From sequence record DRR723986_4107: a DNA stretch of 41,376 bases. The stretch is one strand, 5' to 3'. The position numbers and the translations under genes are program-made. Shown in pieces: positions 19,309 through 28,783 of this stretch; the stretch's first letter is position 1; every line of letters begins with the position of its first letter. Under the pieces are notes generated by a model. It saw nothing but the letters and a program-made list of their open reading frames with translations. It did not search any database and was not told the origin of the DNA.

Positions 19309-20634
19309 ATGGCGCTAGCAGACGACCTGATCCGGGAGATCGACGGAAGGCGCGAGGATCTGATCGCGTTGACCCAGGACCTCCTGCGCATTCCCACGCT
19401 CAATCCGCCCGGCGAGAACTACCGCGATATCTGCGATTATCTGCAGAAGCGTCTGTCCAGGTCCGGCTTCGACATCGAACTGATCCGGGCGCATGGAACG
19501 CCCGGCGACAGCGACAAGTATCCGCGCTGGAACATCGTCGCGCGCCGGGATGGCGACCGGCCGGGCGAATGCGTGCATTTCAACAGTCATATCGACGTTG
19601 TCGACGTCGGCCACGGCTGGACAAAGGATCCGTTCGGCGGGGAACTTGTCGACGGCAAGATTTACGGCCGCGGCGCCTGCGACATGAAGGGCGGCCTTGC
19701 CGCCAGCATCGTTGCAGCCGAGGCTTTCCTTGCAGTCTGTCCAGACTTTGCCGGAGCTATCGAGATCAGCGGAACGGCCGACGAGGAATCGGGTGGCTAC
19801 GGCGGCGTCGCCTATCTTGCAGGCAAGGGCTATTTCAGTCCGGATCGGGTTCAGCACGTCATCATTCCCGAGCCGCTGAACAAGGACCGGATCTGCCTCG
19901 GTCACCGAGGAGTGTGGTGGGCCGAGCTGGAGACATTTGGAGAGATCGCTCATGGCTCTATGCCGTTCCTCGGCGATTGTGCCGTCCGGCATATGGGAGC
20001 GGTGATCGACGAGATGGAGCAGAGCCTGTTTCCGGCGCTCGCGCAAAAGCGCACCGAAATGCCGGTGGTGCCGGAAGGCGCGAAACAGTCGACACTCAAC
20101 ATCAATTCCATCCACGGTGGTCAATCGGAAGGCGATGCGGACTTTACCGGTCTTCCGAGCCCCTGCGTGCCGGACAGTTGCCGGATGGTGATCGACCGCC
20201 GGTTCCTGCTGGAAGAAAATATCGACGACGTGCAGGCGGAAGTCCTGGAAGTTCTGAAGACGGTTGAAGGACGGCGCGACAAGTTCCGCTACGACTTGAG
20301 GGAACTGCACAGGGTGCTGCCCACCATGACCGAAAAGGATGCGCCCGTGGTGCGGACCGTCGCGAAGGCCATTGCCGAAACCATGGGCCGTGAAGCTGAA
20401 TATGTCGTCAGCCCGGGTACCTACGACCAGAAGCATATCGATCGTATCGGCAAACTGAAAAATTGTATCGCCTATGGCCCGGGCATTCTGGATCTGGCAC
20501 ATAAACCGGACGAATATGTGGGAGTGGATGACATGCTCGATTCTGCGAAGGTCATGGGCCGTTCGCTGATCGAGCTGTTGGCAAGGCCTTGCGAAAGCAG
20601 CCTCAATAAAGGGGGAAGTCATGCGTTTGCGTAA
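19309..20634 (+). CDS. M20 metallo-amidohydrolase, ArgE/DapE (acetylornithine deacetylase / desuccinylase) family
   Basis: FNSHIDVV, YGRGACDMKGG, ADEESGG, IIPEP and AHKPDE metal-ligand motifs; RBS GGGGAGG. Confidence 0.92.
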   Translation: MALADDLIREIDGRREDLIALTQDLLRIPTLNPPGENYRDICDYLQKRLSRSGFDIELIRAHGTPGDSDKYPRWNIVARRDGDRPGECVHFNSHIDVVDVGHGWTKDPFGGELVDGKIYGRGACDMKGGLAASIVAAEAFLAVCPDFAGAIEISGTADEESGGYGGVAYLAGKGYFSPDRVQHVIIPEPLNKDRICLGHRGVWWAELETFGEIAHGSMPFLGDCAVRHMGAVIDEMEQSLFPALAQKRTEMPVVPEGAKQSTLNINSIHGGQSEGDADFTGLPSPCVPDSCRMVIDRRFLLEENIDDVQAEVLEVLKTVEGRRDKFRYDLRELHRVLPTMTEKDAPVVRTVAKAIAETMGREAEYVVSPGTYDQKHIDRIGKLKNCIAYGPGILDLAHKPDEYVGVDDMLDSAKVMGRSLIELLARPCESSLNKGGSHAFA

Positions 20635-22105
20635 GTTTGGATTGGGTCTGGTCAGTGCTTTGGCACTGGCAGCGAGCATGGGAATGGCCCATGCAAAGAG
20701 CGATATCGTGGTTGCCATGCAACTGGAACCGCCACATCTGGACCCGACTGGTGCCGCTGCAGGCGCGATTGATTCTGTCCTTTACTCCAATGTCTTCGAA
20801 GGCCTGACCCGCTTCGGTCCGGATGGTTCGGTCAATCCCGGGCTGGCCGAAAGCTGGGAGATTTCCGAGGACGGCAAGACCTATACCTTCAAGCTGCACG
20901 ACGGCGTGAAATTTCACGATGGATCGGATCTGACGGCGGACGACGTCAAGTTCAGTCTCGATCGTGCCCGCGCAGACGACAGTCAGAACGCCCAGAAAGC
21001 GCTGTTTGCCGGTATCGAGAGCGTGGAAGTGGTTGATCCGCTGACCGTGAAGGTAACGCTCAAGGAGCCGAACGGCAGTTTCCTGTTCAACATGGCCTGG
21101 GGCGATGCGGTTATTGTCGCTCCGGAATCCATTGGCGATATCAAGAGCAAGCCGGTTGGAACGGGCGCGTTCAAGTTCACCGACTGGGTGCAGGGCGACC
21201 GGATCGATCTGGAAAAGAACGCCGACTACTGGGGTGAACCGGCCAAGCTCGACAAGGTCACCTTCAAGTTCATTTCCGATCCGACGGCTGCCTTCGCGGC
21301 CGTGATGGCGGAAGACGTCAACGCCTTCGTCGGTTTTCCAGCGCCGGAAAACCTGCCGCAGTTCGAGGCCGACGCCCGCTTCCAGGTGCTGGTCGGCTCT
21401 ACCGAAGGCGAGACCATTCTTGCAGCCAACAACAAGTTGCCGCCGCTGGACAACATCAAGGTGCGCGAAGCGATTGCCCACGCGGTTGACCGGCAGGCGA
21501 TCATCGATGGCGCGATGTTCGGTTACGGCACGCCGATCGGCACGCATTTTGCGCCGCATAACCCTGACTACGTCGATCTGACGGGGAGCAGCCAGTACGA
21601 TCCGGACCTCGCCAAGAAGCTGCTGGCCGAGGCCGGCTATGCGGATGGTTTCACCACCACACTCAAGCTGCCGCCGCCATCCTATGCCCGCCGGGGCGGG
21701 GAGATCATCGCCGCTCAGCTTCGTGCCGTCGGTATCGAAACGGAAATCACCAACCTGGAATGGGCGCAGTGGCTGGAGCAGGTCTTCAAGGGCAAGGATT
21801 TCGGCCTGACAATCGTCAGCCATACCGAGCCGATGGATATCGGCATCTATGCCCGGCCGGATTACTATTTCCAGTATGACAATGCGGACTTCCAGAAGCT
21901 CATTGCCGATCTGACTGCGGAGAACGATCCGGCAAAACGCTCCGACCTTCTGAAACAGGCCCAGGAGACGATCTCCAGGGACTACGTCAACACCTACCTG
22001 TTCCAGCTCGCATTCCCGACAATCGCCGACGCCAAGATCAAGGGACTCTGGGAAAACCAGCCGACCCAGGCAACGGATCTGACGGCGGTCTACTGGGAAG
22101 ACTGA
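20621..22105 (+). CDS. Dpp/Opp/Nik family ABC substrate-binding protein
   Basis: Signal peptide; LAESWEISEDGKTYTFKLHDGVKFHDGSDLTADDVKFSLDR family-5 signature; PVGTGAFK. Confidence 0.95.
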   Translation: MRLRKFGLGLVSALALAASMGMAHAKSDIVVAMQLEPPHLDPTGAAAGAIDSVLYSNVFEGLTRFGPDGSVNPGLAESWEISEDGKTYTFKLHDGVKFHDGSDLTADDVKFSLDRARADDSQNAQKALFAGIESVEVVDPLTVKVTLKEPNGSFLFNMAWGDAVIVAPESIGDIKSKPVGTGAFKFTDWVQGDRIDLEKNADYWGEPAKLDKVTFKFISDPTAAFAAVMAEDVNAFVGFPAPENLPQFEADARFQVLVGSTEGETILAANNKLPPLDNIKVREAIAHAVDRQAIIDGAMFGYGTPIGTHFAPHNPDYVDLTGSSQYDPDLAKKLLAEAGYADGFTTTLKLPPPSYARRGGEIIAAQLRAVGIETEITNLEWAQWLEQVFKGKDFGLTIVSHTEPMDIGIYARPDYYFQYDNADFQKLIADLTAENDPAKRSDLLKQAQETISRDYVNTYLFQLAFPTIADAKIKGLWENQPTQATDLTAVYWED

Positions 22106-22120
22106 CCCATACCGCAAAGC

Positions 22121-22149
22121 GGATGCTCGCGCCCGGTGTGCGGGCATCC
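22121..22149 (+). terminator. Stem-loop after Dpp-type SBP gene
   Basis: GGATGCTCGC...GCGGGCATCC stem followed by a pyrimidine-rich stretch. Confidence 0.45.
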
Positions 22150-22206
22150 ACCTTCACTCCTTTCCTTTTGCCGGTATCTGACTGCCGATAGGCACGCGAC
22201 GCGTTC

Positions 22207-23154
22207 ATGCTGCAATATTTCCTGAAACGCCTTCTGTCCCTGGGGCTCAGCCTCGTGGCCGCGTCGGTGATAATCTTCCTGGCGCTGGAAGTGGTGCCGG
22301 GTGACCCGGCGTCCTACATGCTTGGCCTCAACGCCCAGGAAGACACGCTTGCAGCCCTGCGCGAGGAGCTGGGCCTTGGCGGCAGCATCCTCGAGCGCTA
22401 TGCAGCCTGGGCAGGTGGTCTTCTGGTCGGCGATTTTGGCACGTCCTACACATATCGCACACCCGTTGCAGGCATGATCGCCGACAGGCTTTGGGTGTCT
22501 TTGCCGCTGGCAGTCTATGCTCTGGTGCTGAGCACCTTGATTGCTTTTCCGGCCGGCATCTGGGCTGCCTCGCGCCGGGGCTCCCACGCCGATGGCGCCG
22601 TCATGGGCGTGACCCAGCTCGGCATCGCCATCCCCAACTTCTGGTTCGCGATGCTGATGGTGCTGGTCTTTGCGATCAATCTGCGCTGGTTTTCTGCCGG
22701 CGGGTTTCCCGGGTGGGACGCGGGATTTTTCGCTGCCATGAAAGCGCTGACGCTACCGGCCATCGCCCTGGCCCTGCCGCAGGCGAGCATCCTGACACGG
22801 GTGATGCGCTCCAGCCTGCTGGACACGCTGGGAGAGGACTTCATCCGCACTGCTCGTGCCAAGGGTCTCAGCAAGGGGCAGGCACTCTGGCGTCATGCGG
22901 TGCGCAACGCCCTTATTCCGGTGCTGACGATCCTCGGGCTGCAATTCTCCTTCTTGCTGGCGGGCGCAATCATCATTGAAAACGTCTTCTTCCTGCCGGG
23001 CCTCGGCAGGCTGGTCTTTCAGTCTATCAGCGCGCGCGACCTGATCGTGGTCGAAAGCGTCGTGATGCTGCTGGTCTTTGCGGTCATCGTCGTCAACTTC
23101 ACTGTCGACATGGCCTATGCCTGGGTCGATCCGAGACTGCGGAGGCGGCGTTGA
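22207..23154 (+). CDS. DppB-like ABC permease
   Basis: PGDPA, GDFGTSY, DFIRTARAKGL, HAVRNALIPV and DPR C-terminus. Confidence 0.95.
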   Translation: MLQYFLKRLLSLGLSLVAASVIIFLALEVVPGDPASYMLGLNAQEDTLAALREELGLGGSILERYAAWAGGLLVGDFGTSYTYRTPVAGMIADRLWVSLPLAVYALVLSTLIAFPAGIWAASRRGSHADGAVMGVTQLGIAIPNFWFAMLMVLVFAINLRWFSAGGFPGWDAGFFAAMKALTLPAIALALPQASILTRVMRSSLLDTLGEDFIRTARAKGLSKGQALWRHAVRNALIPVLTILGLQFSFLLAGAIIIENVFFLPGLGRLVFQSISARDLIVVESVVMLLVFAVIVVNFTVDMAYAWVDPRLRRRR

Positions 23155-23984
23155 TGAGCGTCCTGTTCCACAGCCGCACACTGCTGCCAGGCGCCATTCT
23201 GACGCTTCTGTTCACGGCCGCCGCGCTTATCAGCCTCGTCTGGGTACCGTATGACACGACGGTGCTGGATATCGCCAACCGCATGAAGCCGCCAAGCTGG
23301 CTGCACCCCTTTGGTACCGATCAGTTCGGGCGGGACATTCTCAGCATGATCATGGTCGGTGCGCGCACGTCCATTGCCGTTGCCCTGGTGGCTGTCGGCA
23401 TCGGCATGGCTGTTGGTGTGCCGCTCGGTCTTGCTGCAGCTGCCAGGAAAGGCGGCCTGATGGACGAGATCATCATGCGCGCCAACGACCTTGTGTTTGC
23501 GTTTCCAAGCCTTCTGATCGCGGTCATGATCACTGCCGTCTTCGGGGCGTCGGCGCTCAACGCCATCATCGCCATCGGCATCTTCAATATCCCGGTCTTC
23601 GCCCGCCTGACGCGGGGCGCCGCGCTGTCGCTCTGGAACCGGGAATACATTCTGGCGGCGCGGGTCGCGGGCAAAGGCTCGGCGCGTATTTCGCTGGAAC
23701 ACATCCTGCCCAACGTCGCCAATCTCTTGATCGTTCAGGGCACGATCCAGTTCTCTCTGGGCATTCTCGCCGAAGCGGGGCTCAGCTATGTCGGTCTCGG
23801 AGCACAGCCGCCGACTGCCAGTTGGGGGCGGATGCTGGCAGACAGCCAGACGATGATATCGCTCGCGCCTCATCTGGCGCTGTTTCCGGGCCTTGCCATC
23901 CTTCTGACGGTGCTTGGACTGAACCTGCTTGGCGATGGCCTGCGGGACAGTCTCGATCCGAAACTCAGGAGGGCCCGGACATGA
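23154..23984 (+). CDS. DppC-like ABC permease
   Basis: HPFGTDQFGRDILS, EYILAARVAG, HILPN and NLLGDGLRDSLDPK; TGATG coupling to the upstream gene. Confidence 0.95.
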   Translation: MSVLFHSRTLLPGAILTLLFTAAALISLVWVPYDTTVLDIANRMKPPSWLHPFGTDQFGRDILSMIMVGARTSIAVALVAVGIGMAVGVPLGLAAAARKGGLMDEIIMRANDLVFAFPSLLIAVMITAVFGASALNAIIAIGIFNIPVFARLTRGAALSLWNREYILAARVAGKGSARISLEHILPNVANLLIVQGTIQFSLGILAEAGLSYVGLGAQPPTASWGRMLADSQTMISLAPHLALFPGLAILLTVLGLNLLGDGLRDSLDPKLRRART

Positions 23985-25570
23985 GCCTTCTGACCATAAG
24001 GAACCTGTCGCTTTCCATTCACGGTCTTCAGATCCTCCGGAATGTCTCAATGGAAGTGGCGCCGGGCCGTATTCTCGGGGTGATCGGCGAGAGTGGATCA
24101 GGAAAGTCGATCACGGCCTTTTCCGTGCTGCAGCTGTTGCCGGGCGGCGCTTCCTGCACCGGTTCGATCAATCTGTCGGGCAAGGATATCCTGTCGCTTG
24201 GCGAAGCCGAAATGTGTGGCCTGCGCGGGCGGGACGTCGGCATGGTCTTCCAGGAGCCGATGACTGCGCTCAATCCGCTGAAGACCATCGGCGACCAGGT
24301 TGCCGAGACAATCCTGATCCACGAGCGCGTTTCGAAAGCCGAAGCAATGGTTCGCGCAGCGGATGCCCTGCAACGCGCGGAACTACCGCAGGAACGGTTT
24401 CCGTTAAGCCGGTATCCGCACGAACTCTCCGGCGGTCAGCGCCAGAGAGTGGTCATCGCCATGGCCATTGCGCTCAAGCCCAAGCTTCTGATTGCCGACG
24501 AACCGACCACTGCACTGGATGTCACGACCCAGGCACAGATCCTGGAACTTCTGAAGCGTCTCGTCGCCGAGGACGGCATGGGGCTGATGCTGATCAGCCA
24601 CGACCTGGCGGTCGTGGCCGACCTTGCCGACGATCTGGTGATCATGCGTCAGGGCGAGGTGGTCGAAAGCGGTCCGGCCAAGACGCTCTTCGGCAATCTG
24701 CAGCATCCCTATTCGCGTGCGCTGCTGGAAGCCTCCGCCCATGTGCCCGAACGCGGCAACGAAACGCTGGAGCAGCCCCTGCTGCAGGTGCGTGATGTCG
24801 TTCGCGATTATACCGGACATACACACGGATGGTGGGGCAAGACCACGCAGTTTCGTGCTGTTGATGGCGTCAGCTTCGAGATCCGCAAGGGCGAGAGCCT
24901 CGGCCTTGTCGGTGAATCGGGTTGCGGCAAATCCACCCTGACGCGGGCTATCCTGGGTCTGGAAGAAGTGCAGGGCGGCGAAATCCTGTTCGACGGTCTG
25001 CCTGTCTTCACCCATCACCACGCCAACCAGATCGTGCGCCGGCGCATGCAGGTGGTCTTTCAGGACCCTTATGGAAGCTTTAATCCGCGCTGGCGGGTGG
25101 ACAAGCTGATCACGGAACCTTTCCATCTGCTCTCTGACCCGCCCAAAGGGGCCGAGCGAGACGCGGCAATTGCCGAAGCTCTTGAAGGCGTCGGTCTGAG
25201 CGCGTCGGATGCCCACAAATACATTCACGAGTTTTCCGGTGGCCAGCGTCAGCGCATCGCAATCGCACGTGCGCTCATCATCAAGCCGGACCTGATCATT
25301 CTCGACGAAGCAGTTTCAGCGCTCGATGTGTCCGTTCGCGCCCAGGTGCTCGACCTACTGGCGGATCTGGCCGACAGGTTTGGCCTGACCTACCTCTTCA
25401 TCAGCCACGATCTCAGCGTGGTCCGTTCGATAACGGATCGGGTGCTGGTGATGAAATCCGGCAAGATTGTCGAGCAAGGCCCGACGGACACGGTCTTCGA
25501 CCGGCCGAACCATCCATATACCCAACAACTTGTTGCTGCCGCACCGGTCCTTCCGGCCGGCATCCTTTAG
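23981..25570 (+). CDS. Fused DppD/DppF ABC ATP-binding protein
   Basis: Two ABC domains (GESGSGKS...LSGGQRQR...DEPTTALD and GESGCGKST...FSGGQRQR...DEAVSALD); ATGA overlap at 23981. Confidence 0.95.
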   Translation: MSLLTIRNLSLSIHGLQILRNVSMEVAPGRILGVIGESGSGKSITAFSVLQLLPGGASCTGSINLSGKDILSLGEAEMCGLRGRDVGMVFQEPMTALNPLKTIGDQVAETILIHERVSKAEAMVRAADALQRAELPQERFPLSRYPHELSGGQRQRVVIAMAIALKPKLLIADEPTTALDVTTQAQILELLKRLVAEDGMGLMLISHDLAVVADLADDLVIMRQGEVVESGPAKTLFGNLQHPYSRALLEASAHVPERGNETLEQPLLQVRDVVRDYTGHTHGWWGKTTQFRAVDGVSFEIRKGESLGLVGESGCGKSTLTRAILGLEEVQGGEILFDGLPVFTHHHANQIVRRRMQVVFQDPYGSFNPRWRVDKLITEPFHLLSDPPKGAERDAAIAEALEGVGLSASDAHKYIHEFSGGQRQRIAIARALIIKPDLIILDEAVSALDVSVRAQVLDLLADLADRFGLTYLFISHDLSVVRSITDRVLVMKSGKIVEQGPTDTVFDRPNHPYTQQLVAAAPVLPAGIL

Positions 25571-25581
25571 GGGAGGAACCC

Positions 25582-27036
25582 ATGACCCAGGAACTGGACC
25601 TTTGGTTCGATCCGGCCAAATGCCTGATCGGCGGAAAATGGGTGGATCCGGCAGGAGGCGGAGAACTGCCGCTCAACGATCCTTCGACCGGGGCACGCAT
25701 CGGTGCGATTGCCCGCGGTGGAGCGACCGATATCGATGCAGCGGTCGATGCGGCCGAAGCCGCCATGGCAGGCGAATGGGGGCGGACCAATGCCGCCGAG
25801 CGCGGCCGGTTCCTGTTTCGCCTGCGCGAGCTGGTGCTGGAAAAGGTCGACCATCTGGCGCGGATCGAATCCATCGACGTCGGCAAGCCGTTGAAACAGG
25901 CACGCGCAGACGCTGTCGCTCTTGCCCGCTATCTGGAATTTTATGGCGGGGCTGCAGACAAGCTCCATGGCGAGACAATTCCCTATCTCGATGGGTACAC
26001 GGTCTACACCTTGCGCGAACCGCACGGCGTTACCGGGCATATCGTGCCCTGGAACTACCCGATGCAGATCATCGGCCGGTCTGTTGGCGCGGCGTTGGCA
26101 ACAGGCAATGCCTGTGTGCTGAAACCAGCGGAAGACGCCTGCCTGACGGCGCTCGCCTTTGCCGATCTCGCCCGCCAGGCCGGTTTGCCTGACGGTGCGC
26201 TGAACGTGGTTCCGGGTCTAGGGTCGGAAGCCGGTGCAGCCTTGACCGCACATCCGCGTGTCCACCACATCTCTTTCACCGGTTCGGTTGCAACCGGTGT
26301 TCAGGTGCAGACGGCGGCAGCCCGGAATGTCGTGCCGGTAACGCTGGAGCTCGGCGGCAAGTCGCCTCAGCTTGTGTTCGAGGATGCCGATCTGGATGCT
26401 GCCCTGCCATTCCTGGTGAACGCAGGCATCCAGAACGCCGGGCAGACCTGCTCGGCTTCCTCACGCATTCTGGTGCACAGGTCTGTTCTCGATCAGGTGA
26501 CCGAGCGCATGGCGGCTCGTTATGGGGCGCTGACGGTCGGGCCTGCACTGAACGATCTCGACGTCGGACCGCTGATCTCGGCCAGGCAGAAAGACATCGT
26601 CTCCGGTTTTCTGGGTCGGGGGGCGGACCTGCAAAAGGTGGCGGAAGGTGTGTTGCAGGACGCACCGGAAGGCGGGAACTACGTCTGCCCGACCCTTTTT
26701 GCCGGCGTTTCACCCGGCCACGTGTTGGCACGGGACGAGATTTTCGGCCCGGTGCAGGTGATCATTCCCTTTGACGACGAGGAAGAAGCAATCTCGATTG
26801 CCAATGGCACGGACTACGGCCTTGTCGCGAGCCTGTGGACCCGCGACGGTGCCCGCCAGATGCGGCTCGCCAAAAAGATCCGGACCGGCCAGGTTTTCAT
26901 CAACAACTATGGTGCCGGTGGCGGTGTAGAGCTGCCGTTCGGCGGTATGGGCAAGTCCGGACACGGCCGGGAAAAGGGGTTCGAGGCGCTTTACGGCTTC
27001 ACCACGCTGAAGACCGTTGCGGCGTTTCACGGATGA
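25582..27036 (+). CDS. NAD(P)-dependent aldehyde dehydrogenase
   Basis: PWNYP, FTGSVATG, LELGGKSP, NAGQTCSA (catalytic Cys), EIFGPV and PFGGMGKSG motifs. Confidence 0.95.
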   Translation: MTQELDLWFDPAKCLIGGKWVDPAGGGELPLNDPSTGARIGAIARGGATDIDAAVDAAEAAMAGEWGRTNAAERGRFLFRLRELVLEKVDHLARIESIDVGKPLKQARADAVALARYLEFYGGAADKLHGETIPYLDGYTVYTLREPHGVTGHIVPWNYPMQIIGRSVGAALATGNACVLKPAEDACLTALAFADLARQAGLPDGALNVVPGLGSEAGAALTAHPRVHHISFTGSVATGVQVQTAAARNVVPVTLELGGKSPQLVFEDADLDAALPFLVNAGIQNAGQTCSASSRILVHRSVLDQVTERMAARYGALTVGPALNDLDVGPLISARQKDIVSGFLGRGADLQKVAEGVLQDAPEGGNYVCPTLFAGVSPGHVLARDEIFGPVQVIIPFDDEEEAISIANGTDYGLVASLWTRDGARQMRLAKKIRTGQVFINNYGAGGGVELPFGGMGKSGHGREKGFEALYGFTTLKTVAAFHG

Positions 27037-27091
27037 ACGCCCGGACGCTCAATTCGATGCGCGTACAAAGAACAATTGATTGTAGCTCCCC

Positions 27092-27125
27092 GATCCCGGC
27101 TCGCGCTTCGCTCGTCCGGGATGAT
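27092..27125. repeat. REP-like palindrome
   Basis: GATCCCGG-CTCGCGCTTCGCTCGT-CCGGGATGAT; same ATCCCGG/CCGGGAT stem as at 12491 and related to the element at 10037. Confidence 0.55.
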
Positions 27126-27160
27126 GCTGGAGAGCAAGGAACCAAGATCGGGAGGTTTGC

Positions 27161-27901
27161 ATGAGACTTGAAGGAAAGAAGGCGATTGTCACGGGTGGGG
27201 CCTCGGGCTTTGGTGCCGGCATCGTGCGCAAGTTCGCAGCAGAAGGCGCAAAGGTTATGGTCGCCGACCTGAACCTGGACCTTGCAGAGGAAATTGCCGC
27301 GGAAGTTGGCGGACTGGCCATCAAGACGGATGTCTCCAGCAATGACAGCGTCAGCCACTTGGCCGATGTTGCCTCCTCGCTGCTCGGCGGAGTCGATATC
27401 CTGGTCAACAATGCCGGTATCACGCATCTGCCCAAACTGATGCAGGACGTTACGGAAGAAGAGTTCGACCGGGTCCTCGCGGTCAATTGCAAGTCGGTCT
27501 ATCTGACCGCGAAGCACTTCGTCCCGGCCATGACGGAAGCCGGCAAGGGGGCGATCCTGAATGTGGCTTCTACCGCAGGCCTCAGCCCGCGTCCCAGGCT
27601 CAACTGGTACAACGCCTCCAAGGGGTGGATGATCACCGCGACAAAGACGATGGCGGTTGAACTTGCCCCCTCGGGCGTGCGTGTCAACGCAATTTGCCCG
27701 GTGGCCGGCGAAACGCCGCTTCTGAAAAGCTTCATGGGTGAAGACACGCCGGAAATGCGTGCCAAGTTCCTCTCCACCATTCCCATAGGCCGTTTTTCGA
27801 CACCGGAAGACATGGGCAACGCAGCCTGTTTCCTGTGCTCGGATGAGGCGGGCATGATTACCGGAGTTGCGATGGAAGTTGACGGCGGACGCTGCATCTG
27901 A
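27161..27901 (+). CDS. SDR oxidoreductase (TsaC/FabG-like)
   Basis: TGGASGFG, NNAGITH, WYNASKG, VNAICPVAGETPLL and VDGGRCI motifs. Confidence 0.9.
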   Translation: MRLEGKKAIVTGGASGFGAGIVRKFAAEGAKVMVADLNLDLAEEIAAEVGGLAIKTDVSSNDSVSHLADVASSLLGGVDILVNNAGITHLPKLMQDVTEEEFDRVLAVNCKSVYLTAKHFVPAMTEAGKGAILNVASTAGLSPRPRLNWYNASKGWMITATKTMAVELAPSGVRVNAICPVAGETPLLKSFMGEDTPEMRAKFLSTIPIGRFSTPEDMGNAACFLCSDEAGMITGVAMEVDGGRCI

Positions 27902-27986
27902 GGATTGATCAGCCTCGGCCGGATCATGTATCGACAGGTCCGAACAGATTTGCGCGACATCCAGACGGCCGAAGGAAGACAAGATC

Positions 27987-28376
27987 ATGAAGCGATACAC
28001 CGGTGGCTGCCTGTGCGGGAATGTCCGGTTCGTGGCAGAAGGCGAACCGTATCGGGTCGGCCTTTGCCATTGTCTTGACTGCCGCAAGCATCACGGGGCG
28101 TTGTTCCACGCCTCTGCTGTCTTTCCGCAGGATGCCGTAAGCCACGAAGGAGAAACGGGCGCGTATCGGGGGCGGTCTTTCTGTCCTCGGTGCGGGTCGT
28201 CCGTTTTTTCGCAAACGGGTGACGAAACCGAGGTGCATCTGGGAGCACTGGACGCACCCGACCAAATGACCCCGACCTACGAACTCTGGACCATCCGCCG
28301 CGAAGCCTGGCTGCCGGAATTTCCGATTTCCAGACACTACGGGCGCGATCGGGAAAACGAGGGCCGCGAGGAGTAG
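27987..28376 (+). CDS. GFA / CENP-V family zinc protein
   Basis: GGCLCG, CHCLDCRK and FCPRCGS cysteine motifs. Confidence 0.88.
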   Translation: MKRYTGGCLCGNVRFVAEGEPYRVGLCHCLDCRKHHGALFHASAVFPQDAVSHEGETGAYRGRSFCPRCGSSVFSQTGDETEVHLGALDAPDQMTPTYELWTIRREAWLPEFPISRHYGRDRENEGREE

Positions 28377-28659
28377 AGGCTGTCAAACCAGGGCCGGGTA
28401 CCAAGTGGATGGCGAGTAGGCCCTGCATTGCGCATCACGCCTTCGCGTTCCGGTCGCTGAAGCTTCGAAACCTGTAAGACTGCGCGCTCTGTTATCCGGT
28501 TTGTGCATCTGCAACCGGTTGTGCCTTTGCAGTCAGGCAGGAAGTCAGGGGGCTGGATTCGGCCCCTTTTTGCTGCGCCATAACGTTCCCGAGCAAATTT
28601 TTTCACGTTTAAATTCAGGTGAAAGATCCTGAAATCACTCGCTATTTCTACGCATGAAA

Positions 28660-28697
28660 TGAATGCATTCAAAAAAATGAAACGTTTCATATTGACG
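28660..28697. promoter_or_regulatory. LacI-type operator palindromes upstream of ribose operon
   Basis: TGAATGCATTCA (28660-28671) and ATGAAACGTTTCAT (28677-28690), followed directly by TTGACG (28692-28697). Confidence 0.7.
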
Positions 28698-28783
28698 TTG
28701 TAATTCGGCCGTGCTTTCAATTGTGCAGCCTGATAGCGCCCTTGGAATGGCGTGAGAGGTGCAGCCTTTTTGGGAGGAAAATC

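Noticed and set aside
19315..22147. 467-aa and 514-aa minus-strand ORFs
   Set aside because: Shadows of the M20 hydrolase and Dpp SBP genes with no family signatures.
28337..28720. 127-aa minus-strand ORF in the AT-richer gap before rbsB
   Set aside because: It overlaps operator/promoter palindromes and the GFA gene end, and has no motifs. The AT-richness is explained by the promoter.
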